Positions 9,138 to 18,794 of a DNA stretch of 64,000 nt are shown piece after piece; position 1 is the stretch's first letter; the number at the start of each line of letters is the position of its first letter. This DNA is from Candidatus Aenigmatarchaeota archaeon (GTDB taxonomy: Archaea > Aenigmatarchaeota > Aenigmatarchaeia > JACPZZ01): positions 223,513 through 287,512 of the forward strand of contig JACPAF010000001.1 in NCBI GenBank assembly GCA_016180965.1, written 5' to 3'. Both the position numbers and the translations under genes were made by a program. The notes beneath the pieces were generated by a model. It had not been told where the DNA came from. It searched no databases and worked only from the letters and a program-made list of their open reading frames with translations.

Positions 9138-9824
9138 ATGAGTATTGAACTTGCAGAGGCGGACGCGAGGCGCGGTCTGGAATATATCAGGAAGGGTAAA
9201 AGCGGAAAATTGAAGGATCCTGAGTACGTTTTACAGAAGGCTGCAGAGGCTTATACGAAAGCTTCTAATGGTTTGGTTGAACCTGCGGCAGATGCGTCGA
9301 AAGATGAGAAAAAAACCTACACCAATGTTCGTTCACTGGTTGATATTTTACAAAGTGAGCTGGCTTCTTATGCAAAAGGGAAAGTTGGCGGGCTGACAAA
9401 AGAGGCTGGCGGATATGTTTCTGGAATAACAAAATTGGTTAAACAAGAGGAACGCGGTAAACGGATTTTAGGGGTTCCATACGCGAAAAGGCCGTCCGTT
9501 GCTTATGTTTCCGGAAAGATCGAGCAGGGTAAAACCTATGTAACCCAAGCTTTGGGAAAGGTTGGGGCAATGAGAAAAATTTTGGAAAATGAGGCGTTGT
9601 TGAAACCGGCCGAGAAAAACATGCTAAATGAAGCAAAGGGTGCGCTTGAGCAGGTCAATACCAAGCTTGGTGAATTGGAAACGCAGAACCAGAACGCGGG
9701 CAAGGCGGTTAAACCAAAAACCAAGAAGAAAGATGATGGCAAGGGCGGATTGCATTTACCACACGTAAAATTACCCAGTTTTAAGCGAAAACCCAAGGGT
9801 TGGCAGTCTCGCGGTGGGTTTTAA
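9138..9824 (+). CDS. Basic helical hypothetical protein, paralog 2
   Basis: DPEYVLQKAAEAYTKA, QEERGKRILGVPYAKRP; ends KPKGWQSRGGF. Confidence 0.8.
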   Translation: MSIELAEADARRGLEYIRKGKSGKLKDPEYVLQKAAEAYTKASNGLVEPAADASKDEKKTYTNVRSLVDILQSELASYAKGKVGGLTKEAGGYVSGITKLVKQEERGKRILGVPYAKRPSVAYVSGKIEQGKTYVTQALGKVGAMRKILENEALLKPAEKNMLNEAKGALEQVNTKLGELETQNQNAGKAVKPKTKKKDDGKGGLHLPHVKLPSFKRKPKGWQSRGGF

Positions 9825-9869
9825 ATACTTATCTGGTTTTAAAATTAGGATAGGAGAGGTTGATTGAAA

Positions 9870-10550
9870 ATGGCTGTAGATTATAGTAAGATTGTCGATA
9901 GTTTGAATAACGCGCTTGATAGGCTTGGTAGTTTAGGTTATGTTCCGGGCAAGGCGCCAAAAACGAAGATCGCAAGCGATCCTGTTAGGATGCTTCTTAG
10001 TGGCGTTGACGCATACACTTCTGCAAAAACAGATTTGGGCGCGCTTCCAGTGGTTGGAGTAGCAGGTGCGAAAAAAGCTGACGTTGACAGGTACAACGCT
10101 GCAGTTCAGGTTTTGGACACTGTCGGAGCGGGTTTAAGATCCGCATTCAAGGATTATGTACAGGCTGTGGGCCAAGGATTGGAAGGAAATGCAGCTTCGT
10201 TGAAAAGACAGGTTGAAAGCGAGCGCAAAGGTCCTATGAGGATTTTACCGAGATCGTCTTCATACCTTGTTAGCAACGGTTTAGACGATGCTAAGACAGC
10301 TGTCGGTTACGCGAAAGCTGAAGTTGCGGCTGTAAGAACAGCTTTTGAAGGTGCGCCTGACCTGTTGAAACCACAAGACAAAACTTACATTTCAGAGCTT
10401 GAAAAAAGATTGGGTAACATTGCGTCGTCTTTGACAAAAGAGGAAACAAGACACAACGACAAGGTCGACAGGGAAGCTGTGAAAGCGGACAGGAAAGCCT
10501 GGGAAAAGCTTTTGAAAGGAAAGCCAAAGGGCAGCCGCGGCGGTTTCTAA
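9870..10550 (+). CDS. Basic helical hypothetical protein, paralog 3
   Basis: DPVRMLLSGVDAYTSA, LLKPQDKTYI; ends KPKGSRGGF. Confidence 0.8.
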   Translation: MAVDYSKIVDSLNNALDRLGSLGYVPGKAPKTKIASDPVRMLLSGVDAYTSAKTDLGALPVVGVAGAKKADVDRYNAAVQVLDTVGAGLRSAFKDYVQAVGQGLEGNAASLKRQVESERKGPMRILPRSSSYLVSNGLDDAKTAVGYAKAEVAAVRTAFEGAPDLLKPQDKTYISELEKRLGNIASSLTKEETRHNDKVDREAVKADRKAWEKLLKGKPKGSRGGF

Positions 10551-10564
10551 TTTTTTAATTAACC

Positions 10565-10628
10565 GGGCGCAATCGCCAACTGAAGCATACCGTATATTGT
10601 ATCGGTATGCTTCTAGCTGTTTGCGCCC
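10565..10628. repeat. Palindromic mini-element inside a GC-rich hairpin
   Basis: ACTGAAGCATACCG...CGGTATGCTTCTAGCT (10579-10618) lies within GGGCGCAA/TTGCGCCC. Confidence 0.75.
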
Positions 10629-10714
10629 AAGTTTTATTTTTATTCCAATTAGTTGTTTTTCTATAATTTTTTAGAAATGAAAATTAATTTAACTCTGAGA
10701 CGCCTTTGTTAATT

Positions 10715-11194
10715 ATGGTAAAAGAAAATTACGAGAGAAAATTACAGGCATTGAATGGTGCGGTTGATTCTGCAAAAAGAAGCGTTGACCAGGGCAGATA
10801 CGCAGCTGCTATAGGTTATGTTGACCAGGCAAGAGGCATGATGAAAGGCGGTAATTACAGGGGTCTTCTGACGGAAAAACACGCGATAGTAAACGGCGAG
10901 TTAAATCTAATAATGAGGCACGCACGCGACCAGGTCCGCGACCGCCTGGAGCAAGGCTATAAAACCGTTGACAATGAGCTGGCTAGAATTTCAAAGGGCG
11001 GTATGCCAACACCCAAGGCCAGAAGAACTTTGGCGGAAATGAGCGGATATGTTGACAGCCTCACAGGAACAGATATGCCCAAATCGATTTCCAAAGAATT
11101 TACGCCTGACAAAACGCGGGTGGACAAATTAAAAAAAGAGCTTGAGGCTTTGGCAACGTCGAAAGGCGGAAAAATAGACTGGGCGAAACCATGA
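10715..11194 (+). CDS. Basic helical hypothetical protein, possible distant paralog
   Basis: Similar composition and position; only weak motif similarity. Confidence 0.7.
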   Translation: MVKENYERKLQALNGAVDSAKRSVDQGRYAAAIGYVDQARGMMKGGNYRGLLTEKHAIVNGELNLIMRHARDQVRDRLEQGYKTVDNELARISKGGMPTPKARRTLAEMSGYVDSLTGTDMPKSISKEFTPDKTRVDKLKKELEALATSKGGKIDWAKP

Positions 11195-11225
11195 ATCATA
11201 CATTTGTATGATTCGGCATCTTATT

Positions 11226-11975
11226 TTATTTTTCTATTTTTTCCATCAAAGCCTCCATTTTTTCAACGAACCGTGTCGCCTTTTCAACCATCTCGTCGAT
11301 TTTTTCCGGCGTGACGAGCTTCAGTTCACCGTGTTCCAGTTTTTTCCACGTCTTGATGACGTCTTCGTAATATTTTACGTATTCCGGCGACAATTTCCTT
11401 TTTCGTACGAAATGTATTCGCAACTGGTCAGGGACATTTTTTGGCGTCGGCGGCGACACGCCGATGCTTAACAGCGGAGCTTGCGCCGCGTCCACGACTG
11501 CGGACGACAATGCGTCCATTATTGAGATTGTGTGGATACGTTCTATGCGCAACAAACGCAAAGGCGATTGCTGTATCAAGGATTTCATAGCCTCTTTCGT
11601 TCCGGGCACGCGGCCTTCGAGCAATAATTTTTTCAGCGGTAAAAAGAATCCTGACGGGTCGTATATCGGAATGCCGTCGCGTATTTCCGTGAACGTGACC
11701 GGAGAACCGTGCCGGATGAGTTCCCAATAATCCGATAGTTTGTAAAATATCAAGTCAGTTTCGCCGCGCAGTTTTAGCAGCTTGGAGATTTTTTGCGCTT
11801 CCAGTTTTATTTCGTTGGTTGTGATTGAGTCAACTTGGTTGGTGTCGTCGAGAAGGAATATCAACGTGTCCTCTTTTCCCTCTTCGGAGGACGAAGTCAT
11901 CCAGATAGACTTTATTATGGTGGGATATTTTTTCGTTAATTTATCGATCAGTGATTTTGTTTTTTTCGTGTTCAT
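11226..11975 (-). CDS. Degenerate nucleotidyltransferase plus HEPN-like domain protein
   Basis: Paralog of the neighbour (YDPSG, LLxEGR, EHGEL) but lacks the GS...DxD motif. Confidence 0.75.
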   Translation of the reverse strand: MNTKKTKSLIDKLTKKYPTIIKSIWMTSSSEEGKEDTLIFLLDDTNQVDSITTNEIKLEAQKISKLLKLRGETDLIFYKLSDYWELIRHGSPVTFTEIRDGIPIYDPSGFFLPLKKLLLEGRVPGTKEAMKSLIQQSPLRLLRIERIHTISIMDALSSAVVDAAQAPLLSIGVSPPTPKNVPDQLRIHFVRKRKLSPEYVKYYEDVIKTWKKLEHGELKLVTPEKIDEMVEKATRFVEKMEALMEKIEK

Positions 11976-13051
11976 TTTTTAGCCTCTTTCAACAACGATT
12001 CCAAATTCTTGGCATACAGGCGCGACGTGTAAACGTCTTTTTCGGTCACTTCGTTTAATTTGTCATTGTCGGATGCGTGCTTCATCAATTTTATTTTTTT
12101 CAGCAGTTCCAAATAGCCTTTCGACACCAGGCCCGTGTTAACCAACTCTTTTTCAACAAAATGCAGGATGTTTTTATCATTTACTCGTATTCCACGTTTT
12201 TTCAGTATGTTCCTGCAGGCTGTGAACGCCACATCATTGGATTCTTCGATCATTTCCTTTTTCTTTTCTTTTTCCAGCATGGAAAAAATCGTGTCCATCA
12301 TGTAGATGAAATCTTTTGCTTTCACAATCCAGGAATCGATTTCTTTCGCTGTTATTTTTGTCAATTCCCCATGGTCGATTTTTCTTGTCACTGCGTAAAA
12401 TTCATCCACCAAGTCGGCGTAAAATCCTGGAAGTATTTTTTTTGCGACGAAATTTTTTCGCAGCGCCGCGCCGACGTTTTTTGCGGACGGCGGCGCAATT
12501 CCATAGAACATCAATACCGCCTGCCCGGCTTCGACCATTGCGAAAAGCAAATCTGCGGTTATGTCTTCCAGGAATATTTTCCTGACGTCTTCCAGGCGCA
12601 GAGGCGCGCGCTGCATCAACATTTGCGACCTTTCAAATGTGCCGCCCATGCGACCTTCTTTTAATAATCTGCTTAACGGCTCTACATAACCTGATGGATC
12701 ATACACGGGCATCGCGTCGCGCATTGATGTGAATACCCACGGCTCGCCTGAGCGCAGCAAATCCCACCAATCTGTTAACCTGCGAACGGGCTGGAAATGT
12801 ATATTGATTTTTGTTTTTTCCTTTACAGCATCGTTTATTTCGGATATTTTTGCGCTCATTGCGGATAATTCAGCAGCGGATATATCCGTCGTGGCATCGT
12901 CGACCAAAGTCATTACGTCGATGTCCGATGTCGGTTTTGCTTCGCCGCGGGCGAATGAACCGTATAACCAGATAACCTTTATCTTATTTCCGTATATTGA
13001 AAGTATTTTAGAACAAGCCTCTTTGATGGCGTCGATAGCGGAATATGCCAT
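11972..13051 (-). CDS. Minimal nucleotidyltransferase plus HEPN-like domain protein
   Basis: LYGSFARGEAKPTSDIDV motif; helical C-terminal domain with RKIDHG. Confidence 0.85.
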   Translation of the reverse strand: MAYSAIDAIKEACSKILSIYGNKIKVIWLYGSFARGEAKPTSDIDVMTLVDDATTDISAAELSAMSAKISEINDAVKEKTKINIHFQPVRRLTDWWDLLRSGEPWVFTSMRDAMPVYDPSGYVEPLSRLLKEGRMGGTFERSQMLMQRAPLRLEDVRKIFLEDITADLLFAMVEAGQAVLMFYGIAPPSAKNVGAALRKNFVAKKILPGFYADLVDEFYAVTRKIDHGELTKITAKEIDSWIVKAKDFIYMMDTIFSMLEKEKKKEMIEESNDVAFTACRNILKKRGIRVNDKNILHFVEKELVNTGLVSKGYLELLKKIKLMKHASDNDKLNEVTEKDVYTSRLYAKNLESLLKEAKK

Positions 13052-13079
13052 AATCAATAATGAATGACGGGATTTTAAT

Positions 13080-14502
13080 ACCTGAGCAAGAAACCCGCGG
13101 GCATCGCCTGATTGAAGCATATCAAAGGTATGCTTCTAACTCCTTACCGCCCGCCAGATGAATTGCACACAGTTACTATTATTCCATGTTAACTATATTT
13201 TTCTATAGGAACCTCACATAAAGGGTGTTTTAAGTGCACATTCGAAAAGTATTGATTCATGAAAGAATCGAAAAATAATATCAGAATGTACCGTTATAGA
13301 ATATACCCTTCTCAAGAACAACGTAAAAGGCTTGATTCTCAACTCGCATCATGTAAAGAATTATACAACCTGCTTCTTCAAAAATGTAAAGAAGATTACA
13401 AGGAAAAAAGCATTTCCGTAAACCGAAAAATGCTCTACAAACTTGCCAAACAATTCACAGACAATGATGAACGTTATTCAGACGTACATTCCCAGGTCCT
13501 CCAAAACGTAGCTGACAGACTAGTAAAATCTTACAAAAACTATTTTAGGCGTATTAAAGAAAAGAAATCCGGCAAGAAGATAAAAGTCGGCTTTCCTAGA
13601 TTCAAAAAATTCTATTCAAGCATAACCTATCCGCAGAGCGGGTTTAATCTAGCCGCGAATCGTCTTTTTGCTTCGAGGATAGGCAATATTCCCATCGTAA
13701 CCGAAAGATTGCCTCAAGGAAAGACAAAAACACTAACAATCAGAAGAAAACCGTCGGGCAAGTGGTTTGTTTTTTTCAGTTCGTTTGTTGATACTCCTGA
13801 GACCGAAAACACAGTTAAATACAACAAAATCGGCATAGACATGGGCATTGAAAACTTCGCAACTTTATCGGACGGCACAACAATAGAAAATCCGAGATTC
13901 CTAAGAAAATCGGAAGACACGCTAGCAAAATACCAGCGCAGAGTGTCCAGAAAAGCGAAAGGTTCTAACAGAATAAAAGCAAAAATAAAAGTTGCGAGAA
14001 TACACGAAAAAATAACCAACCAAAGAACAGATTTCCTTCACAAAACAAGTAAAATGCTGACGGAAAAATACAGCTTCATAGCTGTTGAAAAACTAAATGT
14101 CAGTAACATGGTAAAGAACCATAATCTAGCGAAAAGCATATCCGATGCTTCGTGGAACCAATTCACTCGGATGATTGGCTACAAGGCTTCAAGTGCTGGT
14201 TGCCAACTCGTTTTTGTGAATCCACGAAACACATCGCAAATATGCAGCGGATGCGGAAACACAGTAAAGAAAGAATTAAGCGACAGGTGGCACGAATGCG
14301 ATTTATGCGGTTTGTCGCTGCACAGAGACCACAATTCCGCATTGGAAATATTAGACAAAGCCACCGACGGACTGTCGGGAAGTAACGCCTTTGGAGACAG
14401 TGTAAGACCTTCTGTAAAGAAGGTCGTGGTCGATGAATCAGGAACTACACGTGTTGAGATAGACGCTGGAAACCCAGCACTTTAGTGCGGGGAGGATGTC
14501 AT
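13080..14502 (+). mobile_element. IS200/IS605-family tnpB-only (IS1341-type) element; ends approximate
   Basis: Left-end hairpin GCGGGC...GCCCGC after GAAACCC; right end GAAACCCAGCACTTTAGTGCGGGGAGGATGTCA; no tnpA. Confidence 0.8.
13259..14485 (+). CDS. tnpB: RNA-guided endonuclease TnpB
   Basis: YRYRIYP HTH, GFPRFK, RuvC D (GIDMG), E (AVEKL), D (HRDHNSA), zinc finger CSGC/CDLC. Confidence 0.96.
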   Translation: MKESKNNIRMYRYRIYPSQEQRKRLDSQLASCKELYNLLLQKCKEDYKEKSISVNRKMLYKLAKQFTDNDERYSDVHSQVLQNVADRLVKSYKNYFRRIKEKKSGKKIKVGFPRFKKFYSSITYPQSGFNLAANRLFASRIGNIPIVTERLPQGKTKTLTIRRKPSGKWFVFFSSFVDTPETENTVKYNKIGIDMGIENFATLSDGTTIENPRFLRKSEDTLAKYQRRVSRKAKGSNRIKAKIKVARIHEKITNQRTDFLHKTSKMLTEKYSFIAVEKLNVSNMVKNHNLAKSISDASWNQFTRMIGYKASSAGCQLVFVNPRNTSQICSGCGNTVKKELSDRWHECDLCGLSLHRDHNSALEILDKATDGLSGSNAFGDSVRPSVKKVVVDESGTTRVEIDAGNPAL

Positions 14503-14556
14503 TAATGTGCAAGCTTTTATCCGTTGGAAGAGAAAAATATAATCAGTGTTTATGCT

Positions 14557-15168
14557 ATGGTAACTCCCAAAAGCGCTGCAGATAAATACGAACAGATAGA
14601 CCGACTGACGCGCACTGGAGTTTCTGTTCTAGGAAAACAGATGAGTCCGACAGCTGCGATAACATCTGCGGGAGATTCTTACACACAGGCCAATACACTT
14701 TTTGGCGGCCTCACAGCCCCGAAAAGAGGAAAAGACCAGGTTGCAGGATTGAAGGATGCTATTGTAGGTTATGCGCGAACAGCGATGCGTACACGGGTTG
14801 AAGATGTCTACAAAAAAATGGGCGATGCAAGTTATACGATTGACCGAAGAGGTTCCGAGTTACGAGGTTCCGGCATTTTAAGTTTCAAACCCGGCGCCGG
14901 CCCATTCAAAGCCTTAGCAATTGGGCGACCTTCGCCTGAAAAGGCATTGCGTTCAGTCGGCGATGCGCAAACATATGCAACTGAATCCAAAGGTTATGTT
15001 AAAGATGTTTTCAGCGCTTTCAACGCTACAGGTCTGACAGAAACCGGAGACAGGGAATTCAAAAAGGATCTCGAAAAAAGACTGGCCGATGCTGAAAAGA
15101 AGATCGGTGAAAAGAAGGCAGACCTTTGGGGAGCTGAAAGACGGAAATCGATTCGCAGGGGATATTGA
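14557..15168 (+). CDS. Basic helical hypothetical protein, paralog 4
   Basis: SPTAAITSAGDSYTQA matches the P-x10-Y-[TV]-x-A motif; ends KSIRRGY. Confidence 0.75.
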   Translation: MVTPKSAADKYEQIDRLTRTGVSVLGKQMSPTAAITSAGDSYTQANTLFGGLTAPKRGKDQVAGLKDAIVGYARTAMRTRVEDVYKKMGDASYTIDRRGSELRGSGILSFKPGAGPFKALAIGRPSPEKALRSVGDAQTYATESKGYVKDVFSAFNATGLTETGDREFKKDLEKRLADAEKKIGEKKADLWGAERRKSIRRGY

Positions 15169-15222
15169 AGCGATTTCCAGTGTTTAAATATGCGGGATGA
15201 AATAATTAAAAAGGACGATTCG

Positions 15223-16107
15223 ATGAACACACAAAACAAGAATAATCTGGTTTTCTTGGCGATATTTTCTGTGTTTATGCTGGTTCCCATGCTGGCTGCT
15301 GCCCAATCGAGCACAGGCGCGGTGAGCCAATCACTGATGAAGATGATCGGCGTGCCGGATTCAATTGCAACAGGCCCGCCGCAGACAATAATATTTTACG
15401 TGGTTTTGCCTGCGATTTTGATGTTCATAATAATGTATGGAATATTGGATGAGATCAAGCTTTTCTACAGGGGCGGGATCAATTTCGCGATCGCTGTTTT
15501 AGCAACGCTGATAACGATACCGTCGGGGTTGTTAGGCCAGGTTATCATAGGCATATACGGAGGCGGGCTGGCGACCCTTGCGATCATTACCGGTATTGCG
15601 ATTCTTCCTGCATTCATATCAACTTTCGGTTCCAGGATGGGGCTGCCTAATAATATTCTTGAGTTGCTGACAGCTGTTGTTTACGGTTTCGTAATGTACA
15701 TAGTTTTCGGTTTCCTTGTCGACGGGCCGGCCGGCGGAACGGGCGGAGTGTTAAAGAATTTCTCGTGGGTCAGATGGGTATTCGTAATAGGCGTTCCGAT
15801 ACTCGTTGCGTGGAGAGGCGCAATGAACAGGAATATTGGCCTTAGAATGGGATCGGAACTTGCGGTTGAAAGCGCGGAGATAAAAGCAGCGGAACAGGCG
15901 GTCACAAGATGCCAGAGGGCGTTGCGTGATTTGGCAATGGTGACCAATGCTACGGGTGCCGGACCCTCCACAGGCATAGACCCGGCCACTTACAGCAATG
16001 CCCTGAATAATGTGCAGATCATGTGCAGTTCCAAATATCCGATACCTTATTTGCAAACGCTTACACGCGCCCAAATAAACGCTTTGGCCACCAATCACAA
16101 GAGATAA
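15223..16107 (+). CDS. Multi-pass membrane protein, family member 1 (signal peptide, soluble C-tail)
   Basis: AAA|Q signal-like N-terminus; LPAILMFIIMYGILDEIKLF motif. Confidence 0.8.
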   Translation: MNTQNKNNLVFLAIFSVFMLVPMLAAAQSSTGAVSQSLMKMIGVPDSIATGPPQTIIFYVVLPAILMFIIMYGILDEIKLFYRGGINFAIAVLATLITIPSGLLGQVIIGIYGGGLATLAIITGIAILPAFISTFGSRMGLPNNILELLTAVVYGFVMYIVFGFLVDGPAGGTGGVLKNFSWVRWVFVIGVPILVAWRGAMNRNIGLRMGSELAVESAEIKAAEQAVTRCQRALRDLAMVTNATGAGPSTGIDPATYSNALNNVQIMCSSKYPIPYLQTLTRAQINALATNHKR

Positions 16108-16138
16108 TTCTTTTTTTAGTCCATTGCAATATTGTTTT

Positions 16139-16951
16139 ATGGGCAAATTTTTATTCGGGTTTATTCTGGCGCTGCTTGCGATATTTCCGTTTGCAGCTGC
16201 GCAATCCACATTGTCCGACGGAACGATCAAGTTCTGGACGACTTGGTTTTATGTGCCGGCGAAATACCTGGTTTCGTGGCAGTCCATAGTCATTTTTGCC
16301 GTCGTTCCTGTTTTGATTTCAATTTTTTTCGTGCATGAAATATGGAAGGATATAGGATTTTTCCATTCGGGCGCAGTCAATTTCTGGATACCTCTTCTTG
16401 TGGTCTATATGATGCTGCGAAACGGTTTTTGGGATTATGTCGAGTTGTTCGTGTCGAACGTGCAGATGATTCCGGCATTGGCTTTGTCGATGCTAGCCAT
16501 GCAGATTACGGGCAAGCTTAGGTCTAAAATAACTTCGTTTGGCTATTCCGGCCCGTTGGGCGGTGTATTGGCATACGCATTAGATGCGATAGGAATGGGC
16601 ATATTTTTCGGCGGATTGGGTTTTGTTGTCAGCAAGGGGCATTTAGGACCAATTGTTTACACCTTGTTTTTCGTTGGGGCTGGGGTGGGCATTTTACTAA
16701 TCTGGTGGGATTCGCATGGAAAGGCGAAGCAGGCCAAGCTGTCCAACTTGCTGGAACAATATGACGTTATAACCAAACAGATGGAACCGTTGGAGAAAAA
16801 ACTTGTCGAGCTGGAAAAGAAGAAACAAGCTGCAATCGCTGCTAAAAGGAATTTTGAAGCGTTGGACATAACTCAGGAAATGGTTGCAGTTAACAGGCAG
16901 ATAGAAGGTTTGCGTGCTGAGAGAGAGGCAATTTCCGCGGGCGCGGCATAA
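16139..16951 (+). CDS. Multi-pass membrane protein, family member 2 (C-terminal coiled coil)
   Basis: AAA|Q N-terminus; VPVLISIFFVHEIWKDIGFF; heptad-rich tail. Confidence 0.8.
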   Translation: MGKFLFGFILALLAIFPFAAAQSTLSDGTIKFWTTWFYVPAKYLVSWQSIVIFAVVPVLISIFFVHEIWKDIGFFHSGAVNFWIPLLVVYMMLRNGFWDYVELFVSNVQMIPALALSMLAMQITGKLRSKITSFGYSGPLGGVLAYALDAIGMGIFFGGLGFVVSKGHLGPIVYTLFFVGAGVGILLIWWDSHGKAKQAKLSNLLEQYDVITKQMEPLEKKLVELEKKKQAAIAAKRNFEALDITQEMVAVNRQIEGLRAEREAISAGAA

Positions 16952-16987
16952 AAGCAAGATTTAAGATTTGGAGGAGTAACTAATACT

Positions 16988-17584
16988 ATGTTTTCGGCTG
17001 CGTTCCAGTCTCCGCCTTCCGGTTCTGTGGCATCGTCAATATTCAAAGTGCTTGATAACTTGCAAGCTCAACAACTGGTCGTGCCGTTCCTTCTAACTTT
17101 CGTGATAGCGTATGGCGTATTGGATACGATACACATATTCAGAAAAAACAGCATTAACGCGATAATTTCATTGGCAATATCATTTTTTGCGATATTCTAC
17201 GGGCCTTACGGGGCGATGGGTAAGTTTTTGACACAACTGTACGGCACTGGCGCAGTCGCTATTGTTGGTTTAGTCATGTTCATGATAATCCTCGGCGTGT
17301 TTAGTTTGGGCGGCAACCATATGCCCGGCGTAGGCATGTTCCAAAGGCTTTTCGGCATGTCCGGCGGGGTTGTGGGCGGTATCGTTATCGTAGTTGTTTT
17401 CATATTTTTGCTTGCTTCGGGCTGGTTCGAAAATGTCGGAATAAGATTGGATCCGGATACGACTGCGTTGATGATTATTATTCTGGTAATTATTGCGTTC
17501 ATTGCGATAGTTGCGCGACCGGACAGAACCAGGACATGGTGGCATCATATGTTCCCGCCCGGCGCGCAAGGCGGACAGTGGTAG
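16988..17584 (+). CDS. Multi-pass membrane protein, family member 3
   Basis: VPFLLTFVIAYGVLDTIHIF motif; about 5 TM. Confidence 0.8.
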   Translation: MFSAAFQSPPSGSVASSIFKVLDNLQAQQLVVPFLLTFVIAYGVLDTIHIFRKNSINAIISLAISFFAIFYGPYGAMGKFLTQLYGTGAVAIVGLVMFMIILGVFSLGGNHMPGVGMFQRLFGMSGGVVGGIVIVVVFIFLLASGWFENVGIRLDPDTTALMIIILVIIAFIAIVARPDRTRTWWHHMFPPGAQGGQW

Positions 17585-17659
17585 GAATTGCAAAACTTGC
17601 AAAGTTTGATCAAAAGTGAGTTTGTCAAGGAATAAAAGCTCGAAAGAAGAATTGATATA

Positions 17660-18151
17660 ATGGTTTCGGATATTTTTACGCCTTTGGTCGGAAATTTAAA
17701 CAACCTCGGTTTTTACAAATTCGTCCTTCCGTGGCTGTTTACGTTGGCCGTTGTATATGGTGTGCTTTTGAAAGTCAAAGTTTTTGGAACTGACCAGCAA
17801 AAATCGTTGACCGCTGTCATAGCTATTGTCGCGGCGTTTTTCGTTGTTAATTACACGCCCGCTGGGTTTGCGTTAGACGGTTTTTTCACTCAAGTCTTTG
17901 GTGTGGGCATTTTGATACTCACCGGCATTTTTGTCGTACTTCTGGTTATGGGTTTAGTCGGGTTAAAAGGCGAGGATATATTCAAGGCTGAGAACCTGAA
18001 AACTGGCGGCGGCATGGCTGTTGTATTATTAGTAGCATTCATAATTTTCCTGTTCTTTACGATCGGCGGAATACATATAGCTTCGGATCAGTTATCTCTG
18101 ATAGCCGTGATGATATTCATGATTGTCGCGCTGGTTTTCATAGCTAAATGA
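17660..18151 (+). CDS. Multi-pass membrane protein, family member 4
   Basis: GFYKFVLPWLFTLAVVYGVL motif; about 5 TM. Confidence 0.8.
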   Translation: MVSDIFTPLVGNLNNLGFYKFVLPWLFTLAVVYGVLLKVKVFGTDQQKSLTAVIAIVAAFFVVNYTPAGFALDGFFTQVFGVGILILTGIFVVLLVMGLVGLKGEDIFKAENLKTGGGMAVVLLVAFIIFLFFTIGGIHIASDQLSLIAVMIFMIVALVFIAK

Positions 18152-18215
18152 CCGTACGGGATGAAAAAAAAACAAAATCGATAATTTGTATAAATAAAAC
18201 TATGGAAGAATTTCA

Positions 18216-18761
18216 ATGGCAACTTTTGATTTCATCGCACTGCAAAACACGTTAAAAGCAATGGGCTTTTACGACTTTGTTTTGCCTTGGCTGTTAGCGT
18301 TTGCGATCGTGTTCGGCATTTTACAAACAGTTAAAATTTTTAAGAAAGGTGATGCGTCAAACACGTCCGTCGACGCTGTTGTTTCGCTAGTTGTTGCGTT
18401 CTACCTGACAATATTCACTCCTTATTCCGGATTCTTGTCGTCGTTCTTCAGTAAATTATTCGGAAGCTCAATAATAATGCTGTCGAGCGTTCTCGTACTG
18501 TTAATGTTCGTGGGAATATTCGGGTTTAACATAAAAGATCTTCTGTCAAAGAAGGACGGTGAGAAGACAGAGCTCACGCCGATTGGTATAGCAGGTTTAA
18601 TAGGCGCGTTTATCGTCGCAGCAATACTTTTCATCAATGCCACTTCGGGCGTGTTTTCTTTCGGCGGTTCGGACATTTTAAACGGCGATACGCTGACAGT
18701 TCTTTTGTTTTTAGGAATAATCGGCGCGGTTATATGGTTTGTTGTAAAGGGCGCGAAATAA
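18216..18761 (+). CDS. Multi-pass membrane protein, family member 5
   Basis: GFYDFVLPWLLAFAIVFGIL; close duplicate of the next gene. Confidence 0.85.
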   Translation: MATFDFIALQNTLKAMGFYDFVLPWLLAFAIVFGILQTVKIFKKGDASNTSVDAVVSLVVAFYLTIFTPYSGFLSSFFSKLFGSSIIMLSSVLVLLMFVGIFGFNIKDLLSKKDGEKTELTPIGIAGLIGAFIVAAILFINATSGVFSFGGSDILNGDTLTVLLFLGIIGAVIWFVVKGAK

Positions 18762-18794
18762 GGTTTTAAATACGTCGGAGAATAATCGTAGATA

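Noticed and set aside
9138-10550. Ubiquitin-like or SAMP proteins, because of the RGG near the C-terminus
   Set aside because: The proteins are ~230 aa and look helical rather than beta-grasp; no E1 or JAMM gene in the window
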